A DNA stretch of 64,000 bases, from the NCBI GenBank assembly GCA_050253415.1, contig JBFWJC010000004.1:224001-288000 (forward strand), read 5' to 3'. The notes beneath the pieces are model-generated. The model had not been told where the DNA came from and did not search any database. It saw only the letters and a list, made by a program, of their open reading frames with translations. Of this stretch, positions 32,223-39,824 are shown in pieces; within the stretch, counting starts at the first letter, position 1; every line of letters begins with the position of its first letter. This stretch comes from Pedobacter sp. (GTDB lineage: Bacteria > Desulfobacterota > Desulfuromonadia > Desulfuromonadales > Syntrophotaleaceae). The position numbers and the translations under genes are program-made.

Positions 32223-32822
32223 CTACCCCTTTTCCAGGACGGCTTCTTTGGCGCCGGAGCGGACCGGCAGTAACCGCAGCATTTCCGCCAACAGATAGCC
32301 GATCAGAATAGCCAACGCCCCGTAAAGAATGCCCTGAAAGATCAACGCCATACCAGCAGCAAAGGAAGCGGGCCCGGCCTTTAGAAAGGGAAAAAACACC
32401 GCCGTCTTATCTAACAATACACGGGCCTCCCGGCCGGCAAACCACAGATAAACCGCGGCCCCGCAGCCGAGCAGCGCAGAGGCGATGCCCCACGCCTCAC
32501 CGGCCAGCTTGAGGACGACCGATGAAACCAATACCGCGGCGGACCCTCCGGATGCGGCCTGCTTAATCTCCCCAGCGCGTATCAGGGTGCAATGGACGAC
32601 AAAATAAGAGGCGATAGCAAAAGAAAGCTGATAGATGATGCCTCCGATCATCCCTTCCGAGGACATGTCAAAGAGGTCCTTCCAGCCGAGAAAAAAGACG
32701 ATAACGGCGGCGACGGCACAGGCAACGGCCAAGGCCTTGAGCAAACGGGAAAAACCGATCCGGAAATCGTCGTCCTTTTCGAGCTTACGGATCAACAACG
32801 GGGCCAATAAATATTTTTCCAT
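32223..32822 (-). CDS. Membrane protein
   Basis: About 4 TM helices; start set at MEKY. Confidence 0.7.
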   Translation of the reverse strand: MEKYLLAPLLIRKLEKDDDFRIGFSRLLKALAVACAVAAVIVFFLGWKDLFDMSSEGMIGGIIYQLSFAIASYFVVHCTLIRAGEIKQAASGGSAAVLVSSVVLKLAGEAWGIASALLGCGAAVYLWFAGREARVLLDKTAVFFPFLKAGPASFAAGMALIFQGILYGALAILIGYLLAEMLRLLPVRSGAKEAVLEKG

Positions 32823-32924
32823 GTATTCATCTCCATGCAGAAGGTATCCGGCCGGCCGCGGGAAAACAGTAAAGGCTGTCCTCGACGGTCCGGAACCGAC
32901 CATTCATAGGGCACTATCCTGGGA

Positions 32925-33362
32925 TCAGGAGTGCCGCTTGTTCTTCTCCTTGCCTTTGCCATGACCGGCGGCGTGTCCATCAGGTTCCCATCCCAAATTG
33001 CCCCGTTTGAGATCTTTAAAGGCGGCCGATCCCGGCTTGATGCCGAGACTCTGGGCAAGCGCACCCCATCCCTGGCCCTTGTGCCTACGGTACTCACGCA
33101 CCACAACATCGACCGGCCGATGGGTCTCCTGAGCCAACCAGAAACAGATGGCGGCATCACCCGGCGCATCGACGGAACGGAAAACGAGATCGAGTTGCGG
33201 ACCGGAGGCGCCGAAATGGGCCCCGACACTGGCACGGAACCCTCCGATATCCCCCGAAGCACTGACATTGAGACTGTGCAAATAAGCGTCGAGTTCAGCG
33301 TGTGCCATTCCCGCCATAAGCAGGACAAAGAAAAACGTCAGTAAAGAGCGTCGAAAATTCAT
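32925..33362 (-). CDS. Exported conserved protein
   Basis: Signal peptide; GQGWGALAQSLGIKPGSAAFKDLK. Confidence 0.75.
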   Translation of the reverse strand: MNFRRSLLTFFFVLLMAGMAHAELDAYLHSLNVSASGDIGGFRASVGAHFGASGPQLDLVFRSVDAPGDAAICFWLAQETHRPVDVVVREYRRHKGQGWGALAQSLGIKPGSAAFKDLKRGNLGWEPDGHAAGHGKGKEKNKRHS

Positions 33363-33413
33363 ACCTGTTCCTCCGTATTGTCATAAGAGTTGGGATCACG
33401 GCGTGGATGAGTC

Positions 33414-33428
33414 GCAGGAAACGTGCCA
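33414..33428 (-). promoter_or_regulatory. Putative sigma54 promoter
   Basis: Minus strand TGGCACGTTTCCTGC (GG-N10-GC) about 50 nt upstream of ATG 33362. Confidence 0.65.
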
Positions 33429-33735
33429 GACAAGAGGAAACACGAAAACTGCGGTTTTACGGCTCCCGCAACGTCCGTGCATTAGCCCTCCTGGTCCGCA
33501 CTGACAAAAAAGGGCAACGAAACACCTCTATTCAGACCTAGGTATCCCGGCTCGCCATAAATAAATAGGAGGAGAGATTCTCTTTTCTCTGGAGATAATT
33601 TTTTCGACAAGCTGTCCCGGCCGAACCACCTACCCTACGACAACCCGAACCTTGCGACCGATATATCCAGGTATAAATCCGGGAATCCGGAAAAAGGACA
33701 TGCTGCTAAGTTTTTGCATTTGCCCTGCTCAAAAG

Positions 33736-33803
33736 AAAAAGCCGCCAACCGGATCAACTCCGGCCTGGCGGCTCTGCTCATTTAGGAATAATTTGGTGCT
33801 TCT
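33736..33803. repeat. Hairpin repeat, copy 1 (copy 2 at ~36823-36891)
   Basis: AAAAAGCCGCCaaCCGGA-tcaac-TCCGGcctGGCGGCtctg...ttggtgcttc; terminator-like on the minus strand. Confidence 0.8.
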
Positions 33804-33827
33804 CGGGCAGCATAGAGGTGCCAGGTC

Positions 33828-33968
33828 TCAACTTCTGACACTCACCAACTCTGCCTCCAGACGCCCGGTTAAATTCCTCAGCACTTGGTCTTTTTCTGCT
33901 TTCAAAGCCAATCTCCGGCTCACCTGGGAAACTGCCGCATCACTTATCCCGAAATGCTCCCCTATTTC
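33828..33968 (-). pseudogene. Y1/RAYT-like transposase, C-terminal HTH remnant
   Basis: Manual translation EIGEHFGISDAAVSQVSRRLALKAEKD...VRS*, ending inside a motif that matches 32040-32061. Confidence 0.7.
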
Positions 33969-34074
33969 CTACCCTAGAACATAAGAGGAAACGCATAATT
34001 TCATGGGCGTCCCTAAACTCAAAATTTAGATTCTGTTTTTCTGGAAGCACCCCAGTATTTTCCGTCCGCGTTGA

Positions 34075-34998
34075 TTAAGTGGTTAGCTTTTTTTTCCTTG
34101 CTTCCATGAACTCTTGGTCTGACAGTGGTTTAAGAGGTGTATTCTTACCTCTTATCGGAGGCGTAGCAGTTGGTTCACAATATGGAGTAATTAGCGCACA
34201 GTGGGGTAGAATAAATTCTTTAACAAATGGTTGATTAACTGCCTCACTCTTTACCCAAATTTCGCCAGGAACATCAAATACCCAGAGTAAATCTTTTCTT
34301 TTTTCATAATTAAATTGTAAATCGATAATTTCTGAAAGAGCACGAACCGCAGCTTCTGCATTTTTTTCAAAATCATAGTTGTCGTTATAATGGATCGAAT
34401 CGTTTCTAAATGATTTTAATATTAAAAATATCTCCGCAACTTTACTTGAAATGACGCCCCATTCTTTTAGTACTAAGACAGGATAGTCCCATTGGTCGAA
34501 ACTATCTTTTTTGTAAATTTTTTTATAGTGACTTGAACTTTTGAAATATTCTCTGGTTTTGATGATTAATCTATTTAGGATTCTTTCGCCTAGTGCGCCA
34601 GCACTTGTCATGGCGGGATAATAACGACCGCAACAGTAAGAGGAGACAATGTCCCACAAGAAACTGTAGTATTCCTCGGGAATTCCAAGGAATGAAAGGT
34701 TTAACTCTTTAAATCTGGACAGCTTTTCGGGAAAACCTTGCTCACCCCATTCTGCTTTTAAGCCATTTGATATGTGATCATAATGACCACGCATGGACTC
34801 ATTGTTTAACAGTCTCACTCTTGTATCGAGTGCAAGATTGAAAACACGGTACATCAAAGCAATATTGGGGCATACGAAATTACTTAGGACAGGGTCCTTG
34901 CCCTCTCTTTGTCGCTGAGTCAACTGGTCAAAATCGATTTCGATTTTGTGTTGTTGATTGCAGCGGTCACAGTTAAATGTCTGAGTTCTTATGTCCAT
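34075..34998 (-). CDS. Integron cassette ORF, putative HEPN/DUF4145-like nuclease
   Basis: AT-rich; starts right after attC; N-terminal CxxC; SAGALGE helix and RNDSIH (RxxxxH). Confidence 0.65.
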   Translation of the reverse strand: MDIRTQTFNCDRCNQQHKIEIDFDQLTQRQREGKDPVLSNFVCPNIALMYRVFNLALDTRVRLLNNESMRGHYDHISNGLKAEWGEQGFPEKLSRFKELNLSFLGIPEEYYSFLWDIVSSYCCGRYYPAMTSAGALGERILNRLIIKTREYFKSSSHYKKIYKKDSFDQWDYPVLVLKEWGVISSKVAEIFLILKSFRNDSIHYNDNYDFEKNAEAAVRALSEIIDLQFNYEKRKDLLWVFDVPGEIWVKSEAVNQPFVKEFILPHCALITPYCEPTATPPIRGKNTPLKPLSDQEFMEARKKKLTT

Positions 34999-35003
34999 AA
35001 TTT

Positions 35004-35077
35004 ATTTAACGCCTGCATCACCGGTCGCTGAAATTGCGTAGCGCTGTAAGCGATCCGAGTGCATGCTGTTGTTATGG
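35004..35077 (-). mobile_element. attC site
   Basis: Minus strand CCATAAC-aacagcatgcactcggatcgct...agcgaccggtgatgcaggc-GTTAAAT; imperfect inverted repeat between two ORFs. Confidence 0.85.
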
Positions 35078-35078
35078 A

Positions 35079-36440
35079 TTATTTCTTTGTTAGATTCTCA
35101 ATAGTTAACTTAATGAGGTCAAACAATGAAGAGCTTGTGACTTTCTCTTTGGTCGCAATGTCTGCAGCATGATTATTTCCAAAAAATCTTTCAGTAAGTT
35201 TTGCTTTTAATTCGTGTTTTGTTATATCAGGCATCTTTTCAAGATAAGGATCGATAGACGCCAATTCAAGCTCTGCTTGTCGATTTCGGTACTCGGAGTT
35301 TCTGTGTTTTGACGATTCTGATGCTGCATATGTTGCTGGGACTGCAAGAACTAATGCAGCCCCTAGCCTAAATAAGGATAATTTCCAGTCGAAACCATTT
35401 TGTGCCGATATAAAAATAGTTAAACCAATAACAAGAACCATACCTGTCATTAAGAATAAGGCTACCTTACGAAGCCAATCAGCAGTTTCCTTTTCTTGAT
35501 TCGCGATTCTCTGAAAATTTCCAGTTACTCCAATATTACCAATAATTTGAACTAAATTTGATGCCTCCTCTTTCTTTTGTTGTAGTTCATTTAAAATTGA
35601 TTCAGCATCAGTTTTAAAAGATTCGATTTGCTTTTTTGTTTCTTCTTGCAATTGATTAGATATCTTTTCTGCTCGACCATCAATTTCGTTTATCCGCTCA
35701 GAAATTTTCGCTATCTTTAAATTTGCGCTTTCTTCAACTTTTTTCAGAAAAGATGAGAAGTTTTCGTTGTTTTGGCTTACAAGCTCATCGATTTTTTGTT
35801 CGTGACTTTCGAGAGCCGCCGTGTGCTCATCATTTCGTTGTTTTTCTGCTTCTGCAAACTGTTCTCTGCGCTTTTCAGCGGCATCAGAAAATTGCTGTTG
35901 GAATTGAGAGATGGCAGTGTCCAACCTACCTTTTTGGCTATTGATCTCATTGGTTGTTGCAGTGGCTTTAGCCGTTAATTCTTCAATCTTGCTTTTTAAA
36001 TTATTAAAATCTTCCTCAAGATACCTGATATATTGTCCTGCAGACTTTCTAAAATTTCCAATTGAGTCCCGAAGCCCATCTATGTCGGTGACTTGCGTAA
36101 CAGAAAACAACATTCGGCCTTGTACCAGAAGGTGGTCAGCCTGATTATTTGCATTTACAAGATGCCCCCTATTTTGATTTGCATTGTAATTTGAAAGCTC
36201 TTGTATGATGTTTTGCGAATGGTTGCTCAAATTTTGTAACGTTGGTTTTGGGGCCATCAAGGGATCTGTGCTGGATAAAGCATTTGCAACAAATAATATA
36301 ATTTGAGTAAGCCTGTTATAATCTTCTAGCGCATCTGATTGTTTTTCAGCATGCTTCCCAACCTGTTCTAGCAAATCTTTGATCTGTTGAATTTGGGCGT
36401 GTATCTGATGATTCTCAAATGAATTTAGCCATTCAGACAT
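35079..36440 (-). CDS. Integron cassette ORF, long coiled-coil protein with two C-terminal TM helices
   Basis: AT-rich; bounded by GTTATGG (36461-36467, minus) and the complementary CCATAAC of attC. Confidence 0.8.
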   Translation of the reverse strand: MSEWLNSFENHQIHAQIQQIKDLLEQVGKHAEKQSDALEDYNRLTQIILFVANALSSTDPLMAPKPTLQNLSNHSQNIIQELSNYNANQNRGHLVNANNQADHLLVQGRMLFSVTQVTDIDGLRDSIGNFRKSAGQYIRYLEEDFNNLKSKIEELTAKATATTNEINSQKGRLDTAISQFQQQFSDAAEKRREQFAEAEKQRNDEHTAALESHEQKIDELVSQNNENFSSFLKKVEESANLKIAKISERINEIDGRAEKISNQLQEETKKQIESFKTDAESILNELQQKKEEASNLVQIIGNIGVTGNFQRIANQEKETADWLRKVALFLMTGMVLVIGLTIFISAQNGFDWKLSLFRLGAALVLAVPATYAASESSKHRNSEYRNRQAELELASIDPYLEKMPDITKHELKAKLTERFFGNNHAADIATKEKVTSSSLFDLIKLTIENLTKK

Positions 36441-36460
36441 TCATTAACCTCTCTTTTTTG

Positions 36461-36520
36461 CCATAACTATAAATGGGCAGTCTGGATAAAACTGTAAACA
36501 CAGACACTAACCTGTCTGTA
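36461..36520 (-). mobile_element. Probable attI / first cassette junction
   Basis: Core G|TTATGG upstream of cassette 1 and downstream of the intI remnant. Confidence 0.55.
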
Positions 36521-36630
36521 TAAGACAATTGCCAACTCATTGACCATCCAACAATTCCACTACATTTTCAGACACTTAACCAATTCATTACTAAAACACC
36601 ATCCGGGATATACAGACTGGATATACCAGC

Positions 36631-36779
36631 TCAAAGGGTATCGACCGGGGTTCGGACACCGTGCCCTCCTTTTATTGAGAACATGGGTATGGATCATTGT
36701 CGTATTGATATCCTTGTGACCAAGCAACTCCTGAATCGCCCGAAGAGCCTAACCATCTTCAAAAAGATGAGTAGCGAAA
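36631..36779 (-). pseudogene. intI: Integron integrase C-terminal remnant
   Basis: [35 protein letters not shown], then frameshifted [11 protein letters not shown]; internal stop, catalytic Tyr replaced by His. Confidence 0.85.
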
Positions 36780-36822
36780 GGGAAAAGGAGATCCCCCTGA
36801 AATTTTTACCTTTGCCTTACAA

Positions 36823-36891
36823 AAAAAGCCGCCGACCGGATTAACTCCGGCCTAGCGGCTCTGTTCATTCAGGTATGACCTTGGTGCTTCC
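36823..36891. repeat. Hairpin repeat, copy 2
   Basis: Diverged direct copy of 33736-33803. Confidence 0.8.
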
Positions 36892-37131
36892 CCGGCATAT
36901 CCCCTCCAAATTACAATAAAAAAAGACATTAATAAATACGGCCAAATAACCGTACTTGTCAAACTTTTTAATATTGGAATTGGGCAGAGGCAAGGATTTC
37001 AGCGTATTCGGGTAGCTCCTATACTTTCAATAAATTTACCCTCAGCACACCGACCTAACTGTATCGCCAAAAGAGGATTCTTTTCGCATGACCAGGAGCG
37101 GAGCCAACCCACACCGGCACGTCGCAAAGTG

Positions 37132-37587
37132 TTAATTGACCTCTTCCGGCAACAGCCGATGTGCCAACCGATACGCCACCCACACCAGCAGCGGCGCCAC
37201 GACCAACCACACCGCCAGCCCGCGCAGGTTGACCTGCCAGAACAGTCGGGCGCACAGCAACGGATCGACCGCCAAAGTTTCCCGTAACCGGGGCAACACC
37301 TCCGGCTGCCCGGGTGCCAGCAGATATTGTCCGGCCGTGAGAAACGGAAACAACAAGGCTAGCTGTAACGGGTACACGGCATAGTTGGCGGCCTGCACGA
37401 CGACCACCGGCAACCGCAGCGCAACGGCTAGCAGCAGGCAAAGCAGAGTCGTCCCCCACACCAGCGGCGCCAATCCCAGGGTCACCCCCACTGCCAAAGC
37501 CCAGGCAAGGCGACGTCGGGAATGCCCGCGCAGCAGCAGCCGATGCAGCAAATCCCGCAGGGCCATCATTTTGCTTTGGACAGACAC
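37132..37587 (-). CDS. DUF2062-like membrane protein
   Basis: RLAWALAVGVTLGLAPLVWGTT..VQAANYAVYPLQL. Confidence 0.75.
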   Translation of the reverse strand: MSVQSKMMALRDLLHRLLLRGHSRRRLAWALAVGVTLGLAPLVWGTTLLCLLLAVALRLPVVVVQAANYAVYPLQLALLFPFLTAGQYLLAPGQPEVLPRLRETLAVDPLLCARLFWQVNLRGLAVWLVVAPLLVWVAYRLAHRLLPEEVN

Positions 37588-37590
37588 TAT

Positions 37591-38640
37591 TTAGATTCGG
37601 TCATGGTGTACGAAAAAACTCATGCGGGCGCCGGTCACCTGACTGCGGCCCATGCTGATGAATACAAGCAGCCACAAGCCCTGCAAAGCCAGCAGCACGC
37701 CCGGATGCCACAAGCTGTCCAGTCCGGCGGCGATATCGGGCAGCGGTGCGGAGGCTCCGAACCATGCGGCCAGTCCGATGGCGTAAGGCAGGATCAACAA
37801 GCTGAGAATCTGATAAACGGAAAGTCGCCCGCTGCCGCGCCAATCGGCGCGCAGGGTTTCCGACCAGGCGCGCCAGCCCTGGGTCACCAGGGCGGCGACC
37901 AGAAACGAAGCGGCGAAATGCCCCGTCAGGAACAGACCGGTGGTAAGCAGACCGGTACCGCAATAAACCATGGCGGTCAGGGCCTGCACCGGCAGCACCG
38001 GCTCGCCCTCCAGCCCGTCGGCATAGGCGATCTTTTTGGTATCGCCGCTGAACTGAAAATGCCAGCGACTGAACAGGCGCTGCACCCAGGGGTTGCATTC
38101 GGCCAGCGGCTTGCCGTAGCAGCATCCGAAACTGATGCAGGCCAGACGCCCCAGCCCCTCGCCGAAGGCATATCCCGCCGTCAAGGCCGCGAGGGTCGGC
38201 AGCATCGGCAACGACGCCCCCGCCCCTGCGGGCAGCAAACGGTTGACCGCCGTGATGATCCAGGGGGCCAGTACGAAGCCGACGAAGGCCGCCGCGCCGA
38301 CGGAGAAGGTGTGGGCCTTGCCTTCGATCAGGGCGGCGAGGCCCTTGGCCGCCACCAGGCACGCGATCAGCAGGGTGACCGCCAGCAAGAGGGTCGCCTG
38401 GTGCGACACGCCGATGCCGCCGAGCAGGCTGAGGATCAGCACTACCGAGGCCAGACAAGAGGTTGCGGTCAGCAAGCCGTACCAGGTCAGGTTGTGCCCC
38501 TGCCATTCGCCGCTGCCCGCATCGAAACGCGGCACGGTGGCGGCGAACTGCCAATGCCGCCCCGGCAGGCAACGAAAGCCCCAGTACAGGACCGCACCGG
38601 TAACCAGCGCCAACATCGAAAGAAACCACAAATTCATCAT
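37591..38640 (-). CDS. Prolipoprotein diacylglyceryl transferase (Lgt)-like membrane protein
   Basis: GEGLGRLACISFGCCYGKP, PVQ, WRAWSETLRAD match Lgt-family motifs; divergent N-terminal half. Confidence 0.75.
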   Translation of the reverse strand: MMNLWFLSMLALVTGAVLYWGFRCLPGRHWQFAATVPRFDAGSGEWQGHNLTWYGLLTATSCLASVVLILSLLGGIGVSHQATLLLAVTLLIACLVAAKGLAALIEGKAHTFSVGAAAFVGFVLAPWIITAVNRLLPAGAGASLPMLPTLAALTAGYAFGEGLGRLACISFGCCYGKPLAECNPWVQRLFSRWHFQFSGDTKKIAYADGLEGEPVLPVQALTAMVYCGTGLLTTGLFLTGHFAASFLVAALVTQGWRAWSETLRADWRGSGRLSVYQILSLLILPYAIGLAAWFGASAPLPDIAAGLDSLWHPGVLLALQGLWLLVFISMGRSQVTGARMSFFVHHDRI

Positions 38641-38655
38641 CGCCTCACCCTTTCT

Positions 38656-38775
38656 GGCGTCGCAAAAAGTCCGTCCTACGGCGTTACGGCGTTTTTTCAG
38701 GATCTCGACATACCTGATGTATGCCTTCGCCCCTAAAAAACCACCAAGCCTTGTAGGTCGAATTTTTGCTTAGCC
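38656..38775. mobile_element. ~120-bp MITE-like element
   Basis: Imperfect terminal inverted repeats GGCGTCGCAAAAAGTCCG / CGAATTTTTGCTTAGCC and an internal palindrome, between psd-like and lgt-like genes. Confidence 0.55.
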
Positions 38776-38813
38776 TTTCTACGAGTTTTTCTAAAACATC
38801 ACTTTTCCATAAG

Positions 38814-39824
38814 TTACGCGTCCGTCGGCATGGCGATGCGCGAGCGCACCTGCACTTCGGTCTCCACCAGCGACCGCCCGAATCCCTGGGAAAAACGACT
38901 CGACACCTGCGCCCGCCCCTGATTGCGCAGCAGGTCTTCGTCAAACCGTACCCGACTGGGCTCGAAGATCAGCACGTCGGTACTGCTGCCGGGTTTGAAC
39001 AGACTTTTGGGACGCCCGCGCCCGACGTTCAGACCAGGCCGCATCGGGAGCGGATCGGCATAAGCATGGTCGCTGTAGCACTGCACCACTTCGCCGATCA
39101 TCAGGGCCACCACCTCGATCATGGCCACCAGGCCGACGCCGCTGCCGCCGGGTACGTCGGTATCGAACACCGTGACCACGCGGCGATTTTTGGAATAAGG
39201 CGTCACCGCTGTCACCACCGCTTGCGGATTGCAGCTGTGGAAGACGCCATCCAGTTCGTAAAAATCGATGACGCGACCGCTTACCGGGGTGTGGTTGTAG
39301 TGATACTTGTCGGGCGTCAGGCGAAAGATGGCGAAATCCCCGCCGGCAAAGGCCTTTTGCCAGCGCGGCCGGTCGCAGCCCAACAGCTCTTCGAAATCGA
39401 AAAACTTGCCCTTGAGAAACAGTTGGCAATCCTCGCGGAAGGAGCCGATCAGCATGCGGGCATCGGCGGGGGAAAGGACCGCGCGCGGTTCGTCCGGCAC
39501 CGGTCGGCACTCCCAGTAGCGGATCTTGCGCTCGAAAACTTTGCGGGCCGTATCCAGCTGCTCGAGGGGATCGAGACATTCCGCAAGATCGACCCCGGCC
39601 TCCTTCAGAAAGTTGCGATTGCCCAGCACCCGGCAGCCGAGGGCGAAATCGTAGTTGAACAGGGCCAGCGCCGCCGAACAGCGGGGGCTGGTAAAGGCGT
39701 TAAACAGTTTCGGAGCGTGCTCCCGCAGGGGATGGTAAAGAAACCGGACCAGGCGGTCGCCGAATAGCTGTTCGGTGCGCACCGTCCCGGTGTCCCGTTC
39801 AACGTATTGATGGGGAACCGACAT
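38814..39824 (-). CDS. Phosphatidylserine decarboxylase family (pyruvoyl) protein
   Basis: SPADAR, FRLTPDKYHYNHTP, FKPGSST self-cleavage motif. Confidence 0.85.
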   Translation of the reverse strand: MSVPHQYVERDTGTVRTEQLFGDRLVRFLYHPLREHAPKLFNAFTSPRCSAALALFNYDFALGCRVLGNRNFLKEAGVDLAECLDPLEQLDTARKVFERKIRYWECRPVPDEPRAVLSPADARMLIGSFREDCQLFLKGKFFDFEELLGCDRPRWQKAFAGGDFAIFRLTPDKYHYNHTPVSGRVIDFYELDGVFHSCNPQAVVTAVTPYSKNRRVVTVFDTDVPGGSGVGLVAMIEVVALMIGEVVQCYSDHAYADPLPMRPGLNVGRGRPKSLFKPGSSTDVLIFEPSRVRFDEDLLRNQGRAQVSSRFSQGFGRSLVETEVQVRSRIAMPTDA

